Shown: positions 11,760 through 25,301 of the stretch, in pieces | Layout: each line of letters opens with the position of its first letter | Numbering within the stretch: the stretch's first letter is position 1 | NCBI RefSeq assembly: GCF_006345805.1 | Contig: NC_042997.1 | Span: forward strand, 168,640,001-168,704,000 | From: Octopus sinensis | Taxonomy: Eukaryota | Length of the DNA stretch: 64,000 bases | Direction: 5' to 3' | Position numbers and translations under genes: made by a program | Notes under the pieces: model-generated | Databases searched by the model: none | What the model was told of the DNA's origin: nothing | The model's input: the letters and a program-made list of their open reading frames with translations, nothing else

Positions 11760-11790
11760 GGGACTACATAATCCAGTATGTCCTTCCGTG
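11760..11790. promoter_or_regulatory. ZNF143/Staf-like (ACTACA...CCAG.ATG) plus ETS-like motif, possible promoter
   Basis: ggactacataatccagtatgtccttccg resembles ACTACAATTCCCAGCATGC followed by CTTCCG. Motif match only. Confidence 0.3.
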
Positions 11791-12249
11791 ATTTTAGGGA
11801 ATCTTGGCTGCTACTTCTAACAAATCAAGAAATCACATACAAACTTCACGTGTTAAACTACATGTATTGTTGTAACATAAAAATATCAATATACTGTAGG
11901 AGCTTTTTTATATTTGTTTGTTTAGTCAAAAGACAAAGAGCAGCGCCCATGACTCTCAGGCTTCCACACAATGCTTAAGTCGACCCGAAGAAGACATGGT
12001 AGGAGGTACTTGACTTAGGTGCTGCGCAGTGAGACTGAACTCGAAAGCGTGTACTTACAAATATAACTTTTTAATTGCACAATCGTACCTGCACCTCTAA
12101 GCGTTAAAGAGAATGAGTTAAGTTCCTGCTAAATCAAAATAGTGACGCAACCAGATGAACTTCTTGAAGCCATTCACAAATACAATTAGAAGCGATGTGA
12201 ATGTCACAGTGTCCCAGCGCCTCCACTATAAAAATTATATGTCCTAAGA

Positions 12250-12564
12250 CAGGGCTGGCCAACCGGAAGACCGTTGGCCGCATGCGGCTCGCTTGATACT
12301 TTCTTGAAATACGAGGTTTATTTAAACAAGCATTTAAAAAATTTTATCAAAAATTAAAGATTATAACGAAAAGTAAAAAAAGAAAAAAATACTACTGTTT
12401 TCGCAACAGTAATATTTCATGTTGAATCAACAATCATTCATTCATTATTGTAATAAAAGAATAAGAAAGCAAAATGCTTTCAATTCTGTCAGTATACAAG
12501 TGGCTCTCAAAAACCTTTTTGTGATTAAAGTGGCCCTCAATGTAATTCGAGTTGGCCAAGCCTG
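12250..12564. mobile_element. hAT-family MITE
   Basis: TIRs CAGGGCTGGCCAAC / GTTGGCCAAGCCTG and an exact 8-bp TSD tcctaaga (12242-12249, 12565-12572). Confidence 0.9.
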
Positions 12565-12604
12565 TCCTAAGACTAAAACAGAATGAATTAATATTTATTT
12601 GCAG

Positions 12605-12800
12605 AGTAGGACGGCGGGCAGGAAGAATCGCTAGCGGCATCTCGCCTGTCTTTGTGTTCTGAGCTCAAATCTGTCGAGGTCGACTTTGCCTTTCATCATT
12701 TCAGGGGTCGATAAAATAAGTACCAGTTAAACCCTGAAGTCGATGTAATCGATTTAGCCCCACCACTAACTTGATGGCCTTGACCAATATTTATTTTCAG
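12605..12800 (+). mobile_element. SINE family A, degenerate
   Basis: Contains gaggtcgactttgcctttcatcatttcaggggtcgataaaataagtaccag. Confidence 0.65.
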
Positions 12801-13750
12801 AGTAAGTGATTGTTATAAAGAAGGACTTGTGTTTCCAACATGTAGAAAACAAAGAAAGGGAAAGAGAGGGAGGGAGATACAGAAGGAAAGAAAGAGAAGG
12901 AGAAATAGAGCTTGTGTCAGTGAGGTAACTTGTACGTAGTCGTTCCATCTGTTAGGAATAACAATATCCCCAGCTCAGATCACGTCCCCGCCATCTTAAA
13001 ATAAAATAGAGAAAAGAAAAGGAGAGATACACGTTAGATAATCCTGAAAAGACAAAATGGTCAGTTGGTATAGGTTTGATCAAAGGCTTGCTTGACAAAA
13101 AGTCTGCTAAACATCAACCGAACAGCCACTACGACATGATTCCAATGCCTGATTAAGTAATTTCATATCACTCGCATCACTAATGCCCTTGAGAAAATCA
13201 TTACGGTTACAATATCACATTTCCTTTCTCCCATAACTAGGGCTTTAATCCCTACACACAAAAAAGATAAATTTCCTTATTAAAGTGTCAAATTAAATGC
13301 TTTACAGTATTTAGTTTTCTGCGTTCCCTATTTCCCATTTTTAGTTCACATCAGCTATGCCCGTTATTTATTTGGAGGAAGGGGTCAATAAGATGAATGC
13401 TAATGATACGCTGGAATTGATTTAACCAGCCAGTTACATGTCTTCCCAACAAAGATTTACTCAAATAGTTCGGTATACTGTCTGAATCGAAAGAGCATCA
13501 AGTTAAATGTCTGTGCTAGTTAGTTACAACTCATTACATTCTGAGTGCAAATCCTGCTGAGTTCAACTTTGCTTTCCATCCTTCCAAGGTTGATAGACTA
13601 CCACTACAAGTAAAAACCTGAGGTGACAAGTTGTAGTGGGTTCTTCGTCTGCCTTGACGATGAACATTCAGTTGTTTGATCAGATGAATTTCTACTGAAG
13701 AAATTAACGCCTAGGGTGACTGAATATTCCACAGATATATCTACCCTTTA

Positions 13751-13985
13751 AGGCGGCGAACTGGCAGAAACGTTAGCACGCCGGGCGAAATGCTTAGCGA
13801 TATTTCGTCTGCCGTTACGTTCTGAGTTCAAATTCTGCCGAGGTCGACTTTGCCTTTCATCCTTTCGGAGTCGATAAATTAAGTACCAGTTACACACTGG
13901 TGTCGATGTAATCGACTTAATCCCTTTGTCGGTCCTTGTTTGTCCTCTCTGTGTTTAGCCCCTTGTGGGTAGTACAGAAATAAGA
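13751..13985 (+). mobile_element. SINE family A, full length
   Basis: Full head to tail, with agatatatctac duplicated on both flanks. Confidence 0.9.
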
Positions 13986-14244
13986 TATATCTACTCTTCA
14001 CTTAATTATCAAGCCTAGGCTCGGGAACAGGGAGCAAGGGATGCCCGCATACAACCTAAAATTTGGCGGGTAGTGCAATGAAAACATCGAACATCCTCCT
14101 GAAGAACTTCATCGCCGGAGCAAACGAGTATAAAAACACTTTTGACTGAGTTGAAACATTAATTTTCCAATATTGGATTTGTATGGTTTGATTGATATAC
14201 ATATATAATAATGGTTTCGTTTTTTTTTTTTGTTTTGCAGAAGA

Positions 14245-14445
14245 CCAACAATTTCTGGAAAGGGGTTAAGTCGATTACATCGACCCCAGTGCTCAAACTG
14301 CCACTGTAAGGATGAAAGGCCCCAGTGCTCAATTGCCCTGTAAGGATGAAAGGCAAAGTCGACCTCGGCGGAATTTGAACTCAAAACGTAAAGACGAAAG
14401 AAAAGCCGCTAAGCATTTCGCCCAGCGTGCCAGATCGCCGCCTTT
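14245..14445 (-). mobile_element. SINE family A with a short internal duplication
   Basis: cccagtgctcaa...gtaaggatgaaaggc occurs twice within a family A reverse complement. Confidence 0.75.
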
Positions 14446-14469
14446 GTACAAATATAAATAATCCTTCGT

Positions 14470-15080
14470 ACTGTAGGCACAAGGCCTGAATTTTGTGTGT
14501 GTGGGGGGGATGGAAGCACTCCGTCGGTTACGACGACGAGGGTTCCGGTTGATCCGAATCAACAGAACAGCCTGCTCGTGAAATTAACGTATAAGTGGCT
14601 GAGCACTCCACAGACACGTGTACCCTTAACGTAGCTTTCGGGGATATTCAGCGTGACACAGAGAGTGACAAGGCCGGCCCTTTGAAATACAGGTACAACA
14701 GAAACAGGAAGTAAGAGTGAGAGAAAGTTGTGGTGAAAGAGTACAGCAGGGATCACCACCATCCCCTGCCGGAGCCTCGTGGAGCTTTAGGTGTTTTCGC
14801 TCAATAAACACTCACAACGCCTGGTCTGGGAATCGAAACCGCGATCCTATGACCGCGAGTCCGCTGCCCTAACCACTGGGCCATTGTGTGTGTGTGTGGT
14901 GGGGGGGGGTAAGTTGATGTAATCGACCCAAGTACTTGACTGGTATTTAATTTATCGACCCCGAAAGGATGAAAGGCAAAGTTGACCTCGGTGGAATTTG
15001 AACTCAGAATGTAGCGGCAGATGAAATATTGTTAAGCATTTTGTCCAGCGTGCTAATGATTCTGCCATCTCATCGCCTTT
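14470..15080 (-). mobile_element. SINE family A interrupted by a family C SINE
   Basis: Tail at 14470-14510, remainder at 14887-15080. A tgtgtgtgtgg duplication flanks the insert. Confidence 0.7.
14511..14886 (-). mobile_element. SINE family C (tRNA-derived), tail type 1
   Basis: Minus strand reads aatggcccagtggttagggcagcggactcgcggtc...ggtttcgattcccagacc (A and B boxes) and ends gtcgtaaccgacggagtgcttcca. Confidence 0.85.
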
Positions 15081-15364
15081 GTACAAATATAATAATAATT
15101 GTTTTTATTATAATTATTATCATACCTGTATTTGTTTTGATATTAAGACTGAAAAAAAATCAACCTTGTTTCTAAAAACTTTCAGGCATATGTTTGCACC
15201 CTGAAAGCAAATTTCGTTCTCGCACTTACGTTCCCAAGCTGCATCGGCGTGACAAAATGTAGTAAGACTAGATCTTTGAATTAGAGGCCACAATCTAAGG
15301 TAAAAGGGGAAGAATCTCTTGCTATATTAGACAGATACTTTATCAACCCAATAACGTAGCTAGG

Positions 15365-15612
15365 GTGGAGGCGCGTGGCTTAGTGGTTATGATGTCAGCA
15401 TCATGAATGTAAGATTGTGGTTTCGATTCCTCGACCGGGCGACGAGTTGTGTTCTTGAGCAAAACACTTCATTTCATGTTGCTCCAGTCCACTCAGCTGG
15501 CAAAAATGAATAACGCTGCGATGGACTGGCGTCCCGTCCAGCTGGGGAGCACATACGCCATTGAAACCGGGAAACCGGGCCCATGAGTCTGGCTAGGCTT
15601 TAAAAGAGCGCA
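15365..15612 (+). mobile_element. SINE family D (V-domain-like centre)
   Basis: A box TGGCTTAGTGG and B box GGTTTCGATTCC. The centre cgatggactggcgtcccgtccag resembles the V-SINE domain (from memory, unverified). Confidence 0.8.
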
Positions 15613-15917
15613 GTGGAAGCGCAGTGGTTAGGGCAGCGGACTCGCGGTCGGAGGATCGCGTTTTCGATTCCCAGACCGGGCGTTGTGTGTGTTTATTGAG
15701 CGAAAACACCTAAAGCTCCGCGAGGCTCCGGCAGTGAGTGGTGGCGACCCCTGTTGTAGTCTTTTGCCCCAACTTTCCCTCACTCTTTCTTCCTGTTTTT
15801 TTTGAGTAACGCTGCGATGGACTGGCGTCCCGTCCAGCTGGGGAGAAAAAACACAACCAGGAAACCGGGCCCATCAGCCTGGCTAGGCTTGAAAAGGGCG
15901 CATAAATAAATTAAAAA
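15613..15917 (+). mobile_element. Chimeric SINE: family C head with family D tail
   Basis: Head matches 14511-14886 and 50436; 15805-15905 matches the tail of 15365-15612. The pair is flanked by a 15-bp duplication aataacgtagctagg. Confidence 0.8.
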
Positions 15918-17551
15918 AATAACGTAGCTAGGAGTGGTAGGAGAAGGAGGCGGTCTGCTCCGGCTGACACTTTTATGAGGAGTGGAACTTTGGGGTCAGT
16001 TGTATTAGTCTGCGTAGGGTGGGGGGATTCGGGGTGAGAAGGGGTGAGAAATTCAAGTGATGCCCCGGGCAGTATACATTCTAGCTAAGCCCATGTATCG
16101 ACCCTGAAAAAAATAAACTGAAAGAAAATGTTTATGTCGTGGGGGTTTGAACTCAGAGAGCAGATGATCGGAACAAACGTTATTAGAAAATTTATCTGAA
16201 GCGTTAACTTTTGCCAATTCGATGCCTTAAAACAAAGCATCCGAAATCTGAACAAATATGACGCTTATGATGGCAAGTAGATGTAAGGGAAACAACTCTA
16301 TCATAGCTTTAAAATTTTCGTGATAAATAAGGGTTTTGATATATGCTAGTTTATTATCGAAATGAGCGTTAACAATTTGATTATTTTCTTGCACACGAAG
16401 GAATATATTTGGGTTCTCTTTCCACTTGGTTTTGGTTACTGTTGCTGTCATTGTTTTTCAGCTCCAGGGCAAACCTGATCGAACAAATTTATGATTAAAG
16501 GCATTTTAACCGTAATTTCTCCGTCATTTTTCTCTTCAGATATAAAGTAACTAGGATAACTAGAACAATATTATTTAAGACATTTCAAAATACAGCACTG
16601 AATCAAAGGAGACCTAACCGTGATTATTCTGCCAATTTTTTTTCTTGTTTTAGACATAAAACAGCTGGGACAATCAAGACAATATTACCTAATATATATT
16701 CCAAAATACGGTACCAAGTCGGTTCCTCTCGAAGAACTAAGCAACAATCTCAGTTGATTGACTTAGTTTCACTGTAATGCTGTTTTATATCGGCACAGGA
16801 CCACACAAGTATAGGGTGAGAGACTGATATATAGAATTGCCTCGTTTTACCGAAAAATCAGAAAATCAGATGATGTTCTAGCGGCTCAGTCTCGCAATAT
16901 CTTTGTTAATGTCCATGCGTGTTTCGTGTGTAGAATTCAGAGAGTGTGCATATTTATTTATTTTGTTCATTTACTTCGTTCATATTTTTATTTTTACGGG
17001 TTTTTAAGAAAAAATGTTTTTACAATTTTTACTGTTTATCTTTGTGAGGTATGGTATAATAAAGGAAAAATTAACCAGCAACGTTCCTCGTGCTTACTTA
17101 ACTTTAGAGAGTTGAAAATCATGGTCAATCCCAGCTACATTTAAATTCAATACAAACATAAACGGGCAAAGTTAAATACGGAAATCCTTTCGTCTCGTAG
17201 AGTATAGTTTCTGACCGCCATTCCATTCGGTCATTTGCACCTACAGGCACATCAGAGTTCTCTCCCTTACTAGTCGCAATCACTTCGTCCGCCAAAAAAA
17301 TTGTGAACTGAAGGAAAATATGTTTTAGCGGAAAATATTTCCATAATTTATTTCTTGTATTAAATATTAAATATATTAAATATTATTTTGATTGCAGGCA
17401 GAAATAAAACAAAGGCCATATGGCTGTTTAGCTAAATACACATACTTCTGGCGATCCCTCGCTTGTGTTTTTAACGTGACGTACATGCACATAAGCACAC
17501 ACGCATGCATACATATACATGCATGCATGCATGCATACATACATACATACA

Positions 17552-17583
<32 letters not shown>

Positions 17584-17746
17584 GGCGCAGAAGTGGCTGT
17601 GCGGTAAGTAGCTTGCTTACCAACCACATGGTTCCGGGTTCAGTCCCACCGCGTGGCACCTTGGGCAAGTGTCTTCTACTATAGCCTTGGGCTGACAAAA
17701 GCCTTGTGAGTGGATTTAGTAGACGGAAACTGAAAGAAGCCCATCG

Positions 17747-17842
<96 letters not shown>

Positions 17843-18051
17843 TGTGTCTGTGTTTCTCCCCCCAACATCGCTTGACAACCGATGCTGGTGTGTTTACGTC
17901 CCCGTAACTTAGCGGTTTGGCAAAAGAGACCAATAGAATAAGTACTAGGCTTACAAAGAATAAGTCTTGGGGTCGATTTGCTCGACTAAAGGCGCTGCTC
18001 CAGCATGGCCGCAGTCAAATGACTAAAACCAGTAAAAGAGTAAAAAGAGAG
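17584..18051 (+). mobile_element. SINE family B (CORE-like), full length with internal (TA)(TG) microsatellite
   Basis: ggcgcagaagtggctgtgcggt...ggttcagtccc head, ccttgggcaagtgtcttc CORE-like segment and (gtaaaaga) tail. Confidence 0.9.
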
Positions 18052-18164
18052 TATACATACATACATACATACGTACATACATACATACATACATACATAC
18101 ATACATACATACATACATACATAATACATACATACATACGTTCGCATAAGGATCAAGAATGGTC

Positions 18165-18385
18165 CAATCCCAAGCAATCACACTCTACAAAACTCGGTTG
18201 AGATCTACAGTGAATACTGCTTCCATATCAGGGACAGTACTATTGCTGCTACACAGAAAAGTATCGTAAAATACACCCAAAGGAACATACAATTGATTGG
18301 CAAGCGCTCACTCACCAACACACAAAGCCCTCTGTCCAACAGATGTGGTGTTTCCTCACTCAGTCCCCTTTACCGCAACAACAAT
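18165..18385 (+). mobile_element. CR1/L2-group LINE, RT C-terminal fragment
   Basis: Frameshifted AITLYKTRLRSTV/EYCFHIRDST...LIG...LSNRCGVSSLSPLYR resembles the LYK...EYC...RR.VSSL..FYR pattern of L2/CR1-type RTs. Confidence 0.55.
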
Positions 18386-18840
18386 AGCTTCTGATCGTCA
18401 GAGTTTGATTTAATATAGTCAACCCTCGACGTGTTACGTTCCAAAACTACCAAAACTAAATAAAATGTGCGCGGATCTGTTTTATGGAAGAACAACAAAT
18501 ATGCATGAAACTTGCGGAGTCCCAAATTTCCGTGGAAACCAGCGCGAATTAGCAGAGTTGTTAAAACGTGGGATAAAATACCTTGCGGTATTTCTTTCGG
18601 GTTTTTGCATTCTGAGTTTAAAAACCCGCTGAGGTCAATTTTACCTTTCATCCTTTCGAGGTCAATAAATAAAATACCAGTGGGGATTAAGTCGATTCTC
18701 TCTCTCTCTCTCTCTCTCTTTCTTTCTCTCCCTCTCTCCCTCTCTCTCTCCCTCCCTCCTCTCTCAAAAAAACAACAACAATTCCTCGTTCAAGAGTTGA
18801 GGATCTAAAGAGGAAAAGAAGTATATTCATGTGCGTGTGC

Positions 18841-18877
<37 letters not shown>

Positions 18878-19639
18878 TGTGTGTGAGTTTGTGTTTGTGT
18901 ACTCACATAACTGTATTGTATAAAGTCAAACTATTATATCTTCAACTTTTATGTATAATTTCGTTGATAAATATGAATTAAAATGATTTAGTTTGTTATG
19001 AGGACTGGAAAAAAACCGTCGTTTCGGATATTTGTCATTTTTCATTTTATCTTTAGTCAACAGAAACCACTATCAGCTCTTCGGATTCTGGATCTAAATA
19101 ATTTCTTTTGATTAGCCCTTGATCAGTCATAGTCAATCAAACCTATAATGAAAAACATTCTAACCGTGACCATCCTGTCAATTGAGATATAGCCCATCGA
19201 ACTACAATGTCATATGTATCCTTCCACTTTTAATGACAATGTTATTTGGAAGTGCTTTGGTTGATATTTCAGACAGGTCAAGCGACCAGTCTGAAACAGC
19301 AGGCTGTTAAACTCGTATTTTTAGCAATGTGTTATTCTAAGGTGATCAGCCACTAGGGTGGTGTGGCACCACTGTGGTTTTATCATTCCCTCAAAGCAAA
19401 TAGTTGACAGGTAGATGAAAGTTTAACATTCCTTCCATCTTTCTATGATAATTTTCATTTAGATAATTAAAATATATTTCTTAAAAGTAACACAATCATT
19501 AAGGAATGTAAGACATGTATCAGGCGAGTCTTATGTATGCTTGGGGAAGAGTTATGAGATGGTGAAGATGCATGGCTTAATGGTTAGGGTATTTCGGCTC
19601 ACAATCGTAAGGTCGTGAGATCGAGAAATCTGACAACGC

Positions 19640-20733
19640 AAAGCAATGGAATCGCAAATATCACGAAACAATTCGTTTGGTATTTGTGTGCATTCTCATT
19701 CAATGGCTGTCCTCAAATCAGCGACTGCAGCAGGTTTCATAGCATAGACTTTGTCTTTTAGGTATCCCCATAACAAAAAAAAGTCTAGTGGTGTGAGGTC
19801 TGGTGAACGCGGATGGTATTCAACGAAACCCCTTCGTCCAATCCACCTGTTTGGCAGGATCTCATCAAGGAAAGATCTAACATAGTGATGGTAGTGTGGG
19901 GGTGCCCCATCTTGCTGAAAATAAAACTCCTCATCTCCAAATCTCCTCTAATGCTTGGCATATCAGACTGTTGTAGCAAATTCAAGTAAACGAGACCAGT
20001 CGCGGTAGCGTCAAAAAAAGAATGGTCCAATTAATCCTCTTGTTGATTAGCCACACCACACTGTAAATTATTATGGTGTTCCACCATAACATGCAAATTC
20101 TCAGGTCCCCAGTCGGTGCAATTGTGGAGGTTAATTGAGCTATTTAACCTGAATGTGACCTCATCACTCCACACAACACAATCTTTGTTGGAAAATGTGC
20201 ATCTTCTACACATCGTGCCAAGTACCACTCGCAGTACTGCACTCTTCAGTTTGGATCATCGTCATTAATAGCATAGACTAATCTTGGACGTAACTTTTCC
20301 ATTGACAACGTTTCAAAATGCGTTGGACAGACAATTTAAGAACACCTACCTCATGACTCGCTTGCCGCACAGATTTTCTAGGACTTTGGTGATTCGTTTC
20401 CAGTACTCCTTCTTGTTTTTATGGGGTTGTTGATGTTCGTGGTCTACTGGAATGCTTCTCGTGGATATTCTGAACAGTTCCATCGGCTTCAAACTTATCT
20501 CTAATTCGAATGATGGTGAGTCGCATTTGTGGATCTGTTTGAAACTCCATCCTAAACTGTTTTTGCGCTTCAACTGCATTTTCACACTTCCAGTAGCATT
20601 TTAGAATGAATTTCCTTCGCTCAAAGCTTAGTCTGACTGTCATCATTAATTCCAATGGGTTTCATCTGGAAAGAAGAAACATCAGTTGAGTTATCAGCAG
20701 CTAAAGTGTGTATACATTTTTCGTGACATCCTG
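19640..20733 (-). mobile_element. Tc1/mariner-superfamily element (DUF4817-type HTH plus DD-D transposase), decayed
   Basis: LSFERRKFILKCYWKCENAVEAQKQFRMEF...[39 protein letters not shown]...NRWIGRRG...[11 protein letters not shown]. The 5-prime terminus CAGGATGTCACGAAAA abuts TA at 20734. Confidence 0.85.
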
Positions 20734-21070
20734 TATATATATGTATGTATATTATAGGTAGTTAATTTTACGACTGATCATAAAGAGATCAATGGTTTCG
20801 CATCTGTAAAGCGCTTAACCTCGTTGGACTCTAATGACTGCAGGCATCGGGTTATATGTCCGCGGCCATTTGAATCCGATGAGCTGTCTGTAAGGCTAAG
20901 CACTTTATAGATGCGAAATGATTGGTCACTCTATGACCGACAATATATATATATGGTTCCGGGTTCAGTCCCACTGCGGGGCACCTCGGGCAAGTGTCTT
21001 CTGCTATAGTTTCGGGCCGACCAAAGCCTTGTGAGTGGATTTGGTAGACGGAAACTGAAAGAAGAGTGTC

Positions 21071-21123
<53 letters not shown>

Positions 21124-21126
21124 TTT

Positions 21127-21945
21127 CAGGTGTGGAAGTAAGGTCTAAAATCGAAGGGCCTTAGAGCTAAACTAGCAAAAACCAAAGTATTAATAAGCAG
21201 AAAAGGCGAATCCCTGCTCAGAAAAGGCGTAGGCAGGAACTCCATAAGATGTACCTGGTGTAAGCTATGGACACATAAGAAGTGTACCAATATCAGAAGA
21301 AAGTTAACGGGGAAGATAGTTTCCGTGCGTAGAAAGTGCATATATGTACCAACGAAAATATACAGAAAATAGATTCCATTACATATCAGGGGAGAAAACT
21401 AGAAGTAGTCGGCTGCTTCCGTTACCTAAGTGACCAAGTCAGTAGCGGCGGTGGATGCTCTGAGAGCATAGCTGCTAGAATAAGAACAGACTGGGCAAAG
21501 TTCAAAGAGCTCCTATCTCTACCGGTAACAAAGAGCCTCTCTCTTTGAAAAGCAGATTGTATGATATCTGTGTGCGAACAGCCATGCTACACAGCAGTGA
21601 AACTTGGTCTGTGACTGCTGAGGACATGCGTAACCTTGTAAGAAATTAAGCTAGTATGCTCCACTGGATGTGTAATGTCAGTGTCCATGCACGATAGAAT
21701 GTGAGCGTCCTGAGACAGAAGTTTGACATAAGAAGCATCAGAAGTTGTGTGCAAGAGAGACGACTGCGTTGGTATGCCATGTGATGCGTATGGATAAGGA
21801 CAGCTGTGTGAAGAAGGGCTATACTCTAACAGTGGAGGGAACCTGTGGAAGAGGTAAATCCTTGAAGAAATGGGGTGTGGTGGTGACGCACGACCTTCGA
21901 ATGTTGGGCCTCACAAAGGCAATGGCACACGACCGAGACTTAAGT
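21127..21945 (+). mobile_element. RTE-clade LINE, RT C-terminal fragment
   Basis: KGLRAKLAKTKVL...RKGVGRNSIRCTWCKLWTHKKC...LEVVGCFRYLSDQVSSGGGCSESIAARIRTDWAKFKELL...HVMRMDKDSCVKKGYTLTVEGTCGRG. Confidence 0.9.
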
Positions 21946-21984
21946 TTTCAATTCGACTGAATCTTAATTATTTGTTACACATAC

Positions 21985-22265
<281 letters not shown>

Positions 22266-22645
22266 AGCACATATACGCAACTGCTAATACCTTGCAATGT
22301 TGCAACTGCTACAATAATTATCAACTGGTAATTGAACGGTTAGAATTAAAGGTGAAAGAATAAAAGTGAGAGCCTTATCACATAAGAATTAAAAGTGAAA
22401 GATTAAAAGTATATGACATTACAATATAGATGTTATTGTTTCACTTTTGACATGTAATACAGAACCAGTCTAAGAGATTGGACCAGGCTCGCATTAGGTA
22501 AGAAGTTGAAACTTTTTTGGTCCGAGATATTCCATGGACTCTAAACAATGCATGTGTAAAATTTGAATGAGAATAGGTTTGGATAGTACTCGAGTTTTAG
22601 GACTTCATACATGCAGACAAACAGACAAACAGACACGCATGCTCA

Positions 22646-22693
<48 letters not shown>

Positions 22694-22798
22694 GGAGAGA
22701 GAGAGAAAGAGAAAGAAAGAGAAAGAGAAGATAGAGAGTGAGAAACAGTGTCAATGACAGAAGGATACATTACTATATATATCCGGGTTGGGTTTGTA

Positions 22799-22839
<41 letters not shown>

Positions 22840-22888
22840 TATATATATATCAGTGACAGAAGGATACATTACTATATGCATCCGGGTT

Positions 22889-22944
<56 letters not shown>

Positions 22945-23609
22945 TGTATGTATGTATGTGTATGTATATGTATATACACGCACACACTTGCAACAGGATG
23001 TATATAGCAGATCGTCTTATGTTTCTCTCAACACATACTTATGTATGCACCCTCAGGAAAACTCAGCGAGGGTGTATGTGTGTATGGGAGGGAACAGAGT
23101 GTGAAGGGGTGGCTATAGGGTATACATGTCTTTCAAGCATTGTATCGACGTGTGATAAGTGTGTAGTGAATGGGCGGGTAACTGGTTGAGAGGAGGTATG
23201 AATGGCAGAGGGAGTGAGGTAGGGAAAGATAGATCGATAGATATTTAGAGAGAGAGGAGAGTGCATATGAGTGTGTTTGGGTGTATGCGCCTGTTAGTGT
23301 GTGCGTGTGTGTGCATGTGAAAAAAGGAGTGAGTGAGCAAACAAATGACGGAGGGAGTGAATGAGGGAGTGAGTGAGTGAGTGAGGGAACGAGTGAGTGA
23401 TTTAATGAACGAGTACCCGATTGAGTGAGAGAGAGAGGGCCAGTGGCAGATTGACATGAAGTGAATGACATTTTTTTTTCAGTGGGAGTGAACGAGTAGT
23501 GAAGGAGCTTCTATGTAGTCACTTGACGTTTTACATTGGTAAATTCAAATCTCCCCTCTCCTAACACTTCAGTTTTGAAAATAGGGACATAATTCACATA
23601 AGAACAATA

Positions 23610-23845
23610 TATTTCTTTATTACCCACAAGGGGCTAAACACAGAGAGGACAAACAAGGACAGTCAAACGGATTAAGTCGATTAATCGACCCCATTGCGTA
23701 ACTGGTACTTAATTTATCGACACCGAAAGGATGAAAGGCAAAATCGAACTCGGCGGAATTTGAACTCAGAACGTAACGGCAGACGAAATACGGCTACTCA
23801 TTTCGCCGGGCGTGCTAACGTTTCTGCCAGCTCGCTGCCTTATAT
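23610..23845 (-). mobile_element. SINE family A, full length
   Basis: 15-bp TSD cacataagaacaata (23595-23609, 23846-23860). Confidence 0.9.
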
Positions 23846-24125
23846 CACATAAGAACAATAAACCCAACGGAAGAGCCACAGTCTGGTCACCTGAGCCGTA
23901 AGAAATAGCTGCAAAATATTAAATTTTTGCATTCTAAAAATTGAAGGACTCAATAGATATTGTAGCCCGAAACACTATTCTCTCAATAAAAGAAAGGATG
24001 GTCACGGCCGGAAAACATTTAATTCTGGGCTACTGGATCACCTCTGACCTTGGGATAAACAACAATGACAGCAATATGTACAATGTAGAGATAAAGTTCA
24101 CTGAGAAAACAAATTGCATAATATT

Positions 24126-24530
24126 GCAGAAGTGGCTGCGTGGTAAGTAGCTTGCTTACCAACCACATGGTTCCGGGTTCAGTCTCACTGCGTGGCACTT
24201 TGGGCAAGTGTCTTCTACTATAGCCTCGGGCCAACCAAAGCCTTGTGAGTGGATTTGGTAGACGGAAACTGAAAGAAGCCTGTCGTATATATGTATATAT
24301 ATGTGTGTGTGTGTGTTTGTGTGTCTGTGTTTGTCCCACCACCACCACCAGCATCACTTGACAACCGATGCTGGTAAGTTTACATCCCCGTAACTTAGCG
24401 GTTCGTCAAAAGAGCTCGATAGAATAAGTACTAGGATTACAAAGAATAATTCCTGGGGTCGATTTGCTCGACTAAAGGCGGTGCTCCAGCATGGCCGCAG
24501 TCAAATGACTGAAAACAAGTAAAAAGAGTA
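24126..24530 (+). mobile_element. SINE family B
   Basis: Co-linear with 17584-18051. Confidence 0.9.
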
Positions 24531-24784
24531 ACTCATTTCAAGAACACACTATTGCCACTCACACACCTTAAGCATGAGCAGCTTGTAACCAGAAACTTCA
24601 TGATCATTTCAAATATGAGACCTCATAAATATTGAGGATCTCTTGTGGTAATCACACATCCTTAACATAGTTAACACTCCATCTCAGACACTGACTCTTC
24701 TCTTCGTGGTCAGGAAATAGTTCAACACTTAATAATTACAGAGACCTCTACTAAGCTCAAGGGAAACCTACAGCGGAATCACAA

Positions 24785-25301
24785 TGTTGCAGCTACGTAC
24801 ATAGACATCGTAGACCACATCCAGTAAAAAACCACTTGGATAATTGGGATAAAGCCGCCCTCGAACTCTCTCCAGATGTGCTGTCTCCTCCCTCTACCAC
24901 TTCTAACAATACTACAATGGTCTCTGCTCCACGTGATTGGCTGATCTCGCGTCGTCACCACTTAGGCACTCCAGATTCACTCATCTCTTCTTTAATCATC
25001 TGTTATTTTGTCCAAACCCGCCATCTCCCAAACTCCGTACGAATAACAATGTCCCAGAACTTCCTGGCCAGAACATTAGCCTTTCGTAATCTCTTCCCCT
25101 GTTAATCTCATCAGTGGTAATAATTTCTCTGCTTTTGCGGCATTTGTGAAGGCCATTAGTACCTCCTAAATCTTGCTATCTAGAATACTATGGTAGACTC
25201 TGAAGCACTCTGTAATGCCTTAGCAACTATTCAGAGCCTCTGCATCTTTCTAGATGTTGGCCTCAAACGACAAGCACCTTACGGAGACTCAAGTTGTAAC
25301 A
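24785..25301. mobile_element. Solo-LTR-like element, 517 bp
   Basis: TGTTGCAGCT start versus reverse-complemented end TGTTACAACT (8/10 match). Flanks acaa/agaa form an imperfect 4-bp TSD. Confidence 0.45.

Noticed and set aside
10395-11771. PolyS/polyT/polyL ORFs as a host CDS
   Set aside because: Driven by trinucleotide repeats. Frames break at homopolymer runs that differ between the two copies, and no convincing splice sites were found. Kept only as a duplication finding.
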